IMG/VR virus record: IMGVR_UViG_3300020156_000007
Coordinates: 1-50,547 of that record
Reading direction: 5' to 3' (one strand)
Source of the DNA: a virus
Lineage: Duplodnaviria; Caudoviricetes
Length of the DNA: 50,547 nt
Each line of letters starts with the position of its first letter. Positions within the stretch are counted from its first letter, which is position 1. Below, piece by piece: positions 15,917 through 24,472 of the stretch. The notes below the pieces were generated by a model that was not told the origin of the DNA, did not search any database, and worked only from the letters and a program-made list of their open reading frames with translations. The position numbers and the translations under genes are program-made.

Positions 15917-17675
15917 TGGCTCCTTCGCACGAGCGCCGCTCGCATCTGATTCCATCGCCCTGCAGGGCCGCCGCAAGCGGCGCGTGGTCGGCTTCGCCGG
16001 CGGGGGCGGATCGTCCATCGCCATTCACCATGTGCTGGGGGCCGTGGATGCGGCGCTTAACCACTGGCCCACGGCGCTGGCGGTGCACGAGCGCAACTTT
16101 CCGGAGGCCGCGCACTACTGCGCCGACATCTTCGACACCGACTGCCGCGACGTGTGCCCGGGTGAGGAGATCGAGCTGCTGTGGCTGTCGCCGGACTGCC
16201 GCCACTTCTCCAAGGCCAAGGGCGGGGCACCGGTGAGCGAGCGGGTGCGCGGCCTGGCCTGGGTGGCCATCCCCTGGGCCAAGCTGCGCAAGCCCGACGT
16301 GATCATGCTGGAGAACGTCGAGGAGTTCCTGACCTGGGGGCCGGTGAAGCCGGACGGCAAGGGCGGGCTGGTCCCCGACCCGGCGCGCAAGGGGCAGACG
16401 TTCGCCAAGTGGGTGCGGCGGCTGGAGGCCTGCGGTTACGCCGTGGAATGGCGCATCCTGAACGCCGCCGACTACGGCGCGCCGACCAGCCGCAAGCGCC
16501 TGTTCCTGATCGCCCGGCGCGACGGCCGGCCCATCGTGTGGCCGGCGCCGACCCACGCGCCGCGCCAGACCGCCGCGGCCCGGGGCCTGAAGCCGTATCG
16601 GGCGGCGGCGGACATCATCGACTGGTCGCGGCCCTGCCCGTCGATCTTCCTGTCGCCGGAGGAGGCCCGGGTCCTGCGGGTGAAGCGCCCGCTGGAGGAA
16701 GCGACCCTGGCGCGCATCGCCAAGGGGCTGCTGCGCTACACCATCGGCAACGCCGACCCGTTCATCGTGCCGGTGACGCACAAGGGCGACAGCCGGACCT
16801 ACGACGTCCGCGACCCGCTGAAGACGGTGACCTGCGCCAAGCGTGGGGAGTTCGCCATGGTGGCGCCGGTGCTGACGTCGTTCTACGGCGAGCGCGACCC
16901 GGCCAACGTGCGGGCGTCGTCCCTCGAAGACCCGCTGCACACGGTGACGGCCTCGCCGCGGTTCCCCCCGGCCTCGGCCTTCCTGACCAAGTTTTCGGAG
17001 AACGGCCGGGGCTACCTGCCGACCGAACCGCTGCACACGGTCATGGCCGGCGCGCCACGCCACAGCCTGGTCGCCGCCTTCATGGAACAGGCGAACACCG
17101 GGATGGTCGGCCACGACGCCCGGTCGCCGGTGTCAACGATCGCCAGCAAGGCCGCCAACCAGCGGCTGGTGACGGCGGCCCTGACGCAGTTCCGGGGGTC
17201 CAACGAAGGCAATGGCGGCGACGTCGGCGAGCCCCTGGGCGCGGTGTGCGCCCAGGGCGGGCACCACGGCCTGCTGGAAACCATCCTCGAGGCCGACCAG
17301 GACATGGCCGTGCCCTTCGGCCGCGAGCGCGAGCTGCGCGCCTTCCTGGTGAAGTACTACGGCACGGCGACGGCGCAGGATCTGGCCGATCCGCTGCACA
17401 GCGTGACCAGCCGCGCCCGCTTTGGCCTGGTGGTGGTGGCGGGCGTGGCCTGGCGCATCGTCGACATCGGCATGCGGATGCTGGACCCGGAGACGGAGCT
17501 GGCGGCGGCCATGGGCGTGCCCAAGGGCTACGTCCTGGGCTTCGACGTCGCCGGCAACCGCGTGACCAAGACCGACATCAACAAGATGGTCGGCAACATG
17601 GTCTGCCCCGACCCCGCGGCCGCCCTGATCGCCGCGAACTTCGACGCGGCCCAGCCCGAGCGGGTGGCGGCATGA
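15909..17675 (+). CDS. DNA (cytosine-5) methyltransferase
   Basis: FAGGGG, SPDCRHFS, ENV, RKRLF, GNMVCP. Confidence 0.92.
   Translation: MADGSFARAPLASDSIALQGRRKRRVVGFAGGGGSSIAIHHVLGAVDAALNHWPTALAVHERNFPEAAHYCADIFDTDCRDVCPGEEIELLWLSPDCRHFSKAKGGAPVSERVRGLAWVAIPWAKLRKPDVIMLENVEEFLTWGPVKPDGKGGLVPDPARKGQTFAKWVRRLEACGYAVEWRILNAADYGAPTSRKRLFLIARRDGRPIVWPAPTHAPRQTAAARGLKPYRAAADIIDWSRPCPSIFLSPEEARVLRVKRPLEEATLARIAKGLLRYTIGNADPFIVPVTHKGDSRTYDVRDPLKTVTCAKRGEFAMVAPVLTSFYGERDPANVRASSLEDPLHTVTASPRFPPASAFLTKFSENGRGYLPTEPLHTVMAGAPRHSLVAAFMEQANTGMVGHDARSPVSTIASKAANQRLVTAALTQFRGSNEGNGGDVGEPLGAVCAQGGHHGLLETILEADQDMAVPFGRERELRAFLVKYYGTATAQDLADPLHSVTSRARFGLVVVAGVAWRIVDIGMRMLDPETELAAAMGVPKGYVLGFDVAGNRVTKTDINKMVGNMVCPDPAAALIAANFDAAQPERVAA
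15929..15943. repeat. 15-bp dispersed palindrome, copy 6
   Basis: ACGAGCGCCGCTCGC. Confidence 0.85.
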
Positions 17676-18127
17676 GCGCGCTCGCTGACCGGGTCGCGGC
17701 CAATCGCGCAAGGCTTGCCAGCCTGGAGGCGCGTCACGGGCTGACGTTCGAAAACGGCATGTCGAACGTGCGCTGGGACTGCCTGATGCGCGAGATGTAC
17801 GTCGAGGAGGACGCGGCCGACCGAGCCGCCATCCGGCGTGCCCTGGGCCATCTGTGGACCGCCCCCCTTTACGACGGCACCGGTCAGGACTGCGCGATCG
17901 ACGGCGACGTAGCAGAGATGCCGCTGTGGCGGCGCGGGCTGATGCGCCTCGGTTGCAGCCTTGCCATCCTCTTGGGCCGACGGCTCGGGGATAACGGCCT
18001 CGACGCCTTGGGGGTCCTCTACTTCGACCACGCCACGCTCTACGCCGGATGGTCTGCCCAGTTTCTCCGGTTTGATCCGCGCCGTCTCCGCTTCGAAGTC
18101 TATCGCGATGGGGACTGGCACCTGTGA
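17672..18127 (+). CDS. Hypothetical protein
   Basis: ATGA/GTGA coupling on both sides. Confidence 0.6.
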   Translation: MSALADRVAANRARLASLEARHGLTFENGMSNVRWDCLMREMYVEEDAADRAAIRRALGHLWTAPLYDGTGQDCAIDGDVAEMPLWRRGLMRLGCSLAILLGRRLGDNGLDALGVLYFDHATLYAGWSAQFLRFDPRRLRFEVYRDGDWHL

Positions 18128-19029
18128 CCGCCGCCGTCTTCAACCACATCCCCATGTCGCCGACGCGGCTGGCCGTGCTGGGAAAGCTGATCGAGGTCGG
18201 GCCTGGCGGGACCTGTTCGGTGCGCGGCGTCATGGACGGGGCCGTGCTGGCGGTGCTGGTGCAGATGGGCCTGGCCGAGCGGATGGGGTCGGACCGCCTA
18301 GGCGGCCAGCGCTACCGCGCGGCCCTGCCGGCGGCGGCGGATGCGTGGGAGCGGTGTTCGCCGCTGGTCGCGGCCCGGGCCAAGCGCTGGTCGACGCGGA
18401 CCGAACACACCCAGCCGATGCGCGCCCGCTCCGGCCCCCAGGGCAGCGTGGCGTCCACGCCGGAGAAGGACGGCGTCAGCTTCTATCCGACCGCGCCCTG
18501 GGGCGGGCGAGTGGTGGGCGAGATCTTGCGGCGCAAGTTCCCGCGCGCCCGGTCGCTGTGGGAGGCGGCCGCCGGGGCGCACCACATGGCGCACGGCCTG
18601 CGCGACTACTTCCCGACCGTGCACACCTCCGACGCCTTCGACTACGGCCTAGGCGACGTGCTGTACGACTACACGTCGGATGCGCCGCCGCCTTTCGGGC
18701 GGGTGGACCTGATCGCGACCAACCCGCCGTTCCACGACGACTGCATCGAGCAGTTCATCCGCCGGTCGTGGGACCGGTGCGGCATGGGCTTCGCCCTGCT
18801 GCACGGCGAGCGGCCGATGGCCTGGTTGGCGCCCTTCAGCGAGCGGCTGCCGATCCATCGCGGCCGGTACGAGGAAGACGGGTCCACGGCCACGGACTAC
18901 GCCGTGTTCATCTTTGCCCAGGTCCGCCCGTTCCGCGGCGAGGCCCGGATCATCGACATCCCGCCGGGGGCGGAAGCCCGCCTGACGCGGCCGAGCGACG
19001 CGGCGTTCGCCGTGCGGGAGGCGGCGTGA
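18124..19029 (+). CDS. N6-adenine/N4-cytosine methyltransferase-like protein with N-terminal extension
   Basis: FYPTAPW, WEAAAGAHHM (motif I), TNPPF (motif IV). Confidence 0.75.
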   Translation: MTAAVFNHIPMSPTRLAVLGKLIEVGPGGTCSVRGVMDGAVLAVLVQMGLAERMGSDRLGGQRYRAALPAAADAWERCSPLVAARAKRWSTRTEHTQPMRARSGPQGSVASTPEKDGVSFYPTAPWGGRVVGEILRRKFPRARSLWEAAAGAHHMAHGLRDYFPTVHTSDAFDYGLGDVLYDYTSDAPPPFGRVDLIATNPPFHDDCIEQFIRRSWDRCGMGFALLHGERPMAWLAPFSERLPIHRGRYEEDGSTATDYAVFIFAQVRPFRGEARIIDIPPGAEARLTRPSDAAFAVREAA

Positions 19030-19328
19030 TGGCCGCAGCCCCCCGCCCGCCGCGTGAGGTCGTGGCCTTCACCGGCGCGGTCGCCGCATCGCGCCCCGCG
19101 ACCCTGATGGGGCGCGCCGCCGGCGAGTGCTGCTGGCCGGTCGGCGGGGAGGGCGCCGCGACCCTGTTCTGCTGCGCCCCGGCCCGGCGCCGTCGCTACT
19201 GCCCCGAACATCAGCGGCGCGCGGTGAAGGCCGGCGCGCCGCTGAACATCGAGATCCTGGTGAAGTGGATCCGGTCGATCGAAAGCGCCTCTGCGAGCGC
19301 CGCTCGCACGGAGGCCGCCCATGGCTGA
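19029..19328 (+). CDS. GcrA-like C-terminal-domain protein
   Basis: CCWPVG...FCCAP....YCPEH. Confidence 0.7.
   Translation: MAAAPRPPREVVAFTGAVAASRPATLMGRAAGECCWPVGGEGAATLFCCAPARRRRYCPEHQRRAVKAGAPLNIEILVKWIRSIESASASAARTEAAHG
19293..19307. repeat. 15-bp dispersed palindrome, copy 7
   Basis: GCGAGCGCCGCTCGC. Confidence 0.9.
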
Positions 19329-20514
19329 GCGGTCCATGTTCGACGACGTGCACGAGCGGGTGTCGCTGGAGGATTTCGCCGGCCAGTACACGAAGCTGTC
19401 GGCGGGGAAGAACGAGCGGCGGGGCGTGTGCCCGATCTGCCAGTCGGGCAAGGGGTCGAAGTCGGCGCCGTTCGCGGTCTATCCGGCCGCGGGGCGCTGG
19501 CGGTGTTGGGCGGACTGCGACCGGGGCGGGGACGTCGTCGACCTGTACCGCGAGCTGCACAAGGCGGCCGGGGTGGTGGAGGCGGTCAGGGCCCTGATGG
19601 GCGGCGACTACCGCCCGCCGGCCGAGCCGGTCGTGGCGACGGGCAGGCCTGCGCCGACGGCCGACGACGACCGCAAGGCGAAGCGCGCGGCGGAGATGTG
19701 GGACGGGGCCCGGGCCTTCGAGGGCTCACTGGCCGAACGCTACCTCGTGAAGGCGCGGGGGATCGCGCCTGAGGTCGTGGCGATGGCCGCGCCGCAGCTG
19801 CACTTCCACCCCTCGGCGAAGGCGGAGTGGGTGGATGGGGCGTGGAAGCGGGCGCCGGCCATGCTGCTGCGGGTGCAGACGCCGGCGGGCTTCACCGGCG
19901 GGGTGCACGCGACGTTCCTGCTGAAGGACGGGTCGGGCCGCGACAAGGCGCTGGGGAAGAAGATGCTGGGCCCGCAGATGCTGGACGGCGTCTACGGCGG
20001 GGGCTGGCTGATCGGGCCGGACGGCGAGGGGGACCTGGCCGTGGCCGAGGGGATCGAGACGACGCTGTCGCTGGCGACGATCGAGCGGATGCGGACGGGG
20101 CGGCCCATGCGGGCCGTGGCGGCGCTGAGCCTCGGGCGGCTGCAGGGCGGGGTGCTGCGGGACGCCGACGGCTGCATCGACGTCGACGATCCGCAGCCGG
20201 ATCCGGCGCGGCCGCCCTTCACCTGGCCCGCGCCAGAGGCCTCGCCCTGGGCGCGGGTCGTCATCGGGGTCGATCGCGACATGAGCCCGTGGCGGGTGAA
20301 GGGCCGGGCCCATCGCGCCGGTCGCGCCGGGGTGCGCAGGCCCCTGAACTACCTGCTGGACAGCGAGGCGCGGGCGTCGATGTGCGCGCGCCTGGCCGTC
20401 GCGGCCTGGACGGCGACGGGGGCGCGGGCCAGCGCCGTAGCGCCTTCGCCGGGGGCGGATTTCAACACCGAACTGCAGCGGGTGCTGCGGGCAGAGAGTG
20501 AGCGTGCGGCGTGA
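19321..20514 (+). CDS. DNA primase (CHC2-type Zn finger plus Toprim)
   Basis: GVCPIC..WRCWADCDRGGDV; AEGIET; DRD; DFN. Confidence 0.85.
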   Translation: MAERSMFDDVHERVSLEDFAGQYTKLSAGKNERRGVCPICQSGKGSKSAPFAVYPAAGRWRCWADCDRGGDVVDLYRELHKAAGVVEAVRALMGGDYRPPAEPVVATGRPAPTADDDRKAKRAAEMWDGARAFEGSLAERYLVKARGIAPEVVAMAAPQLHFHPSAKAEWVDGAWKRAPAMLLRVQTPAGFTGGVHATFLLKDGSGRDKALGKKMLGPQMLDGVYGGGWLIGPDGEGDLAVAEGIETTLSLATIERMRTGRPMRAVAALSLGRLQGGVLRDADGCIDVDDPQPDPARPPFTWPAPEASPWARVVIGVDRDMSPWRVKGRAHRAGRAGVRRPLNYLLDSEARASMCARLAVAAWTATGARASAVAPSPGADFNTELQRVLRAESERAA

Positions 20515-22409
20515 GTGAGGACCCCACCATCGAAGTCCTGGCCGGGGCCGTCATGGATGAGGCCGCGGTGCGCGACGCGCCGGACGACGACGCGCCGGCT
20601 TCGGCCGGGGAGAAGGCCGAGGCACCCCCCAAGGCCCTGTTCCCCATGCCGGACCCGGACCTGGCGGTCTGTCCCGTCACGCCGCTGGGGTTCGAAGGCA
20701 AGAACGTGGTCTTCGCCATGCCCGAGGGCGAGATCCGCAGCGAGCCGGCGTCGAAGATCGGACCGATGCTGCGCACCGACATCTTCGTTTGCCGGGCGGG
20801 CGCGCACTTCCTGACCCTGTTCCGGAACAAGAGGGACGAATTCGAGCAGCTGGCCGCGGTGATGTGGTTCGTCCGCGCCTGCCGCGACAAGGGCAAGTTC
20901 GACCGCCGGCGCACGGTGCGGGGCCTGGGCGTCTGGCCGGGCACGGCGGGCGAGGTGGTGCTGCACAAGGGCGACGAGATCTGGACCTACGGGGACGGGC
21001 CGGCGCCGGTGAAACAGACCATCGGCGAGGCGCTGAAGGTGGCCAAGGGGCCGCTCTACCTGCTGCAGCCCGCGGCCGAAGCGCCGTCGGCGAAGCCGGC
21101 CGGTCGCGCGGACGGGACGTGGATCTCGGAGCGGCTGGATTGGTGGCGGTTCGAGCCGATCGGCGACGAGGGGCTGACGGGCCGCGACCTGGTGCTGGGA
21201 TGGGTGATGGCGGCGATGCTGGGCGCGGTCCCGGCGTTCCGCGTGCACCTGCTGCTCTACGCCCTGGCCGGGTCGGGCAAGACCACCTTCCTGGAGTTCG
21301 TCCACGCCCTGCTGTCGGCGGTGTCCGGCGATGTGGTGACCAGCTTCACCGAGGCGGGCTTGCGCAGCGACATCGCCGGCATGGCCAGGCCCGTGCTGCT
21401 GGACGAGCTGGAGGCCAGCGACGGGGCCAACGGGCCGGGCGCGGTCGAGCGGGTGCTCGACATGCTGCGCCTGATGGCGACCGGGTCGGGGGCGTCGCGG
21501 AAGCAGGGCGCGGTCGACGGCGGGTCGATGACCCAGACGGCGGTCGGCTCGGTGCTGATGGCGGCGATCAGTCCGCCGCGGCTGGACCCGGCCCTGGCCA
21601 CGCGGGTGGCGGAAGTGCGGCTGCTGCCGCTCACCACCCCCCGGACCCCCGGCGAGGAGAGGGCGCTTCCGTCGCGGGCGGTGCTCAAGGCGGCCATCTC
21701 GGAGGCGGCGGACAAGTCCCCCGCGCTGCTGACGCGGGCGCTGACCCAGGCGGACCGGTTCCGCGACGACGTGGCGGCGATGATGCAGGCCCTGACGGAG
21801 GCCGGGGAGGCGCCGCGGACGGCGGACCTGATCTCGACCCTGGCGGCGGGGCGGCGGCTGCTGCTGCACGACAGCCCGCTGACGCGGGAGGAGGCGTTGG
21901 AAGAGGCGCGGTTCTGGCAGCCGCTGCTGGACCAGCGGGCGGCGAGCGAGACCGTGTCCAATCCGGGCGCCGACGCCCTGCTGTTCCTGTTCGACGCCGA
22001 CAGCGGCAAGAGCAAACACGAGCGGCGGCTGAAGGTCGGCGAGTGGATCCAGCGCTGGATCGACCACGAGACCCGCTCCGACTCCGAGGATGTGCTGAAG
22101 CACCTGGGCCTGCGTGTGCTGGAGGAACAGGGCGATCCCTTCCTCCTGGTGGCCAACCGGCACCCGTTCCTGGAGAAGCTGTTCGCCCGCAGCCGGTGGC
22201 CCGACTGGAAGCGGACGTTCGCCTACCTCGACGCCCTGGGGGACGCCTATCGCATCGGGCACCGGGACAGCATCCGCTTCGGCCTGGCCGGGAAGCAGCG
22301 CGCAACCGTCATCCCCCTCACCCCCTGGTTGGAAAGAGCCGCCTCCACGACGGCGCGTTCCGGCGGCGTTCCGCTTCCCGTTCCGGAGGATGACATTGAT
22401 TTCCGGTGA
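20511..22409 (+). CDS. Replicative P-loop ATPase/helicase
   Basis: Walker A ALAGSGKTT, Walker B VLLDE; follows the primase. Confidence 0.8.
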   Translation: MSEDPTIEVLAGAVMDEAAVRDAPDDDAPASAGEKAEAPPKALFPMPDPDLAVCPVTPLGFEGKNVVFAMPEGEIRSEPASKIGPMLRTDIFVCRAGAHFLTLFRNKRDEFEQLAAVMWFVRACRDKGKFDRRRTVRGLGVWPGTAGEVVLHKGDEIWTYGDGPAPVKQTIGEALKVAKGPLYLLQPAAEAPSAKPAGRADGTWISERLDWWRFEPIGDEGLTGRDLVLGWVMAAMLGAVPAFRVHLLLYALAGSGKTTFLEFVHALLSAVSGDVVTSFTEAGLRSDIAGMARPVLLDELEASDGANGPGAVERVLDMLRLMATGSGASRKQGAVDGGSMTQTAVGSVLMAAISPPRLDPALATRVAEVRLLPLTTPRTPGEERALPSRAVLKAAISEAADKSPALLTRALTQADRFRDDVAAMMQALTEAGEAPRTADLISTLAAGRRLLLHDSPLTREEALEEARFWQPLLDQRAASETVSNPGADALLFLFDADSGKSKHERRLKVGEWIQRWIDHETRSDSEDVLKHLGLRVLEEQGDPFLLVANRHPFLEKLFARSRWPDWKRTFAYLDALGDAYRIGHRDSIRFGLAGKQRATVIPLTPWLERAASTTARSGGVPLPVPEDDIDFR

Positions 22410-22584
22410 CAAATGGCCGCCCGGAACGGGTGGAACGCGCGGAACGGTCGGCCCGCACCTGCGAGGGTGCGCCCGTGCGCGCGTGAGAACTGCCGTTCCA
22501 GGCGTTCCAACCGTTCCACCCTCTCTTTTCCTAAGACCTTTCAATAAAATAGACAGGAACACCGGCCGGAACGCCGCTGGAACG
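22356..22584. other. Putative replication origin: 12 GGAAC/GTTCC iterons in mirror symmetry
   Basis: CGTTCC at 22356, 22367, 22379; GGAACG at 22423, 22432, 22441; CGTTCC at 22494, 22503, 22512; GGAAC at 22556, 22568, 22579; AT-rich 22521-22553. Confidence 0.7.
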
Positions 22585-22610
22585 CCTGTCGCCAGTGCAG
22601 CGAGGGCGTC

Positions 22611-23648
22611 ATGAACGTGGCTTTCCGGGTGTCTCCGAAGTCGCCGGCCGTGATCATGGTGGGCAGGATCCCATTCGTGGCGCCGCTGGGGCGGGATGCC
22701 CTGTCGCCGGCCCAGTTGGTGGCGCTGACGCGGGCGGCCGACGCGGTCCATGCCGGGCGGGTTCGCCAGGCGCAGCGGATCGTGTGGGGGCTGCAGCGCG
22801 AGCTAGGCGTCAGCGGGTCGGAATACATCTCGGTGCTCGGCGCGGCTGCCGAGGCGGTGCAGGCCGAGAACGCGCGCTTGGCCGGTCGCGCTCGGCGGAC
22901 CGAGCGTCAGCGCGTCATGGCCCTGCCACGGGTTGAGGAAGACCTCCCGTTCACGGACGAGCAGCGGAAGGTGCTGCGACAGGCTGATGCCCTGGATGCC
23001 GATGCGGACCGGCTGTGCCCGGCGGACCGGAAAGCGCGGGCCAAGCGCACGGCGGCGGAGCGGCGGCAGGGGCGGATCAATCGCAAGATGGCGCAGGACA
23101 TGCGCGCCCAGGTGCAGGCCCAGCATGAGGCGAGGCTGGAGGTTCGGGCCGTCGAGGCCGGGCTCGCCGAGCGGCGCGCGCTGGAGACCGCGAGATCCGG
23201 TGAGGATGTGAAGCTCGCGCGGGTCGCTGGCGGCGAGGGGGTCAAGCGGCTGTCGAACGCCGACGGCCTGATGTCCGTGGCCATGTCCCTGGCGCAGCGT
23301 CAGGCGGGTTTTGCCTATCGCGACATTTTCCGCAGCGCGACCATCGGCTGGTCTTCTCCGCTTGATGCCATCGGGTGCGGGGGGCGAGGGTCGGCCACGG
23401 CCATGGACCTGTCTCGCCTGCGGACTGCGCAGCGCATGCGACAGTTGCAGCAGTTCGACGCCGAGGTCGCGGCGCAGCTCGGCGCGGACCATGTCGCAGT
23501 GCTGAAGGCCGTGGCCGGCGAAGGCAAGTCCATGCGTGAGTTCGCGCCCGCGAGCCGGGCGAGGGAGCGGGCGACCCGCGCCCTGCTGGCTTCCCTCGAT
23601 GTGCTGCACCCGCTGTTCGGCACGCGGCTTGACAGGCGGGGCCACTAA
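22611..23648 (+). CDS. Hypothetical late-gene regulator (Q position)
   Basis: Between replication and cos; C-terminal HTH-like VLKAVAGEGKSMREFA. Confidence 0.6.
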   Translation: MNVAFRVSPKSPAVIMVGRIPFVAPLGRDALSPAQLVALTRAADAVHAGRVRQAQRIVWGLQRELGVSGSEYISVLGAAAEAVQAENARLAGRARRTERQRVMALPRVEEDLPFTDEQRKVLRQADALDADADRLCPADRKARAKRTAAERRQGRINRKMAQDMRAQVQAQHEARLEVRAVEAGLAERRALETARSGEDVKLARVAGGEGVKRLSNADGLMSVAMSLAQRQAGFAYRDIFRSATIGWSSPLDAIGCGGRGSATAMDLSRLRTAQRMRQLQQFDAEVAAQLGADHVAVLKAVAGEGKSMREFAPASRARERATRALLASLDVLHPLFGTRLDRRGH

Positions 23649-23714
23649 GAGCATTCAGGGTCCATCGCTCTCAGAGCGTCCAGAGCCCGCCCGGTCCGCC
23701 GCGGCGGGCTTTCT
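23629..23714 (+). promoter_or_regulatory. Candidate late promoter plus leader terminator (pR'/tR'-like)
   Basis: TTGACA at 23629; hairpin agcccgcc/ggcgggct-ttct at 23684-23714. Confidence 0.5.
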
Positions 23715-23777
23715 CGTGGACCGAAAAGCGACAACTGCGAGCCGATCGCACTTGACCTCGAGGCCCGACGGCCCCGC

Positions 23778-23824
23778 GGGTCCTTCCCCGAACCCCTGAC
23801 GTATACGGCATTTCGGGGCCCCAG
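23778..23824 (+). other. Lambda-type cos (cosQ plus cosN)
   Basis: GGGTCCT followed by 23 nt ending in TACG, as at the lambda right end; just upstream of terS. Confidence 0.65.
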
Positions 23825-23881
23825 GGTCTTTTAGTGGACCGGTTTACGAAAACGGTTGTCGGTGGACGGGAGGGTTGACGC

Positions 23882-24466
23882 ATGAAGCGGTCCGCCTTCG
23901 CGTCGCTCTGCGGCGTTTCGAAACAGATGATCTCGAAGCACGCCGGGGCCGGTCGAATCGTCGAGGGCGAGGGCGGGGTGGACGCGGAGGCGTCTCTGGT
24001 CCTGCTCGAAGGCCACATGGACGAGGCTAAGCGGCTGCGGGCGCTGGAAATCGTCGGCGGGCAGGGCGCGAGCGCCGCTCGTGCGCCGCAGGCGCCGGCG
24101 CAGCGGTCGGCCAAGGCGGAGAAGGAGGGCGTCGAGCTCTCCATCAAGCGGCTCGAGCTGGGCAAGATGGCCGGCGAGCTGGTTGAGGTGTCCGCCGTCG
24201 AGGATGCGGCGGCCCAGGCGGTGGCGAAACTGCGGGAACGGGTCAGCCAGGGCCATCGCGACACCGCGGCGGGCATCTGCACCCAGTTCGGCGTGGCGCC
24301 CGACAAGGCCGTGGCCCTGGCGCGCTACCTGGCGAAGGAATTCGAGGCGGTCATGGGCCAGTTCGCGCGCGACATGCAGCAGCTGGCCGACCAGGACGCC
24401 TCGGCGGCGTCGAATCCGGCGGATATCGACCCCGACCTGCCCCTGCTCGCCGCCGGAGCGCACTGA
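23882..24466 (+). CDS. Terminase small subunit (Nu1-like)
   Basis: N-terminal HTH FASLCGVSKQMIS, GELVEV motif; precedes terL. Confidence 0.8.
   Translation: MKRSAFASLCGVSKQMISKHAGAGRIVEGEGGVDAEASLVLLEGHMDEAKRLRALEIVGGQGASAARAPQAPAQRSAKAEKEGVELSIKRLELGKMAGELVEVSAVEDAAAQAVAKLRERVSQGHRDTAAGICTQFGVAPDKAVALARYLAKEFEAVMGQFARDMQQLADQDASAASNPADIDPDLPLLAAGAH
24068..24082. repeat. 15-bp dispersed palindrome, copy 8
   Basis: GCGAGCGCCGCTCGT. Confidence 0.85.
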
Positions 24467-24472
24467 CCGGCC

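Noticed and set aside
22357-22371. GTTC-N7-GTTC as a LexA box (also GAAC-N7-GAAC near 22569)
   Set aside because: By-product of the 11-bp iteron spacing in the putative origin; cannot be fully excluded
20349-22751. Long antisense or alternate-frame ORFs (e.g. 20349..22751, 26651..28816, 35490..38162, 4795..6507)
   Set aside because: Shadow ORFs of GC-rich genes; Arg/Pro/Gly-rich with no motifs
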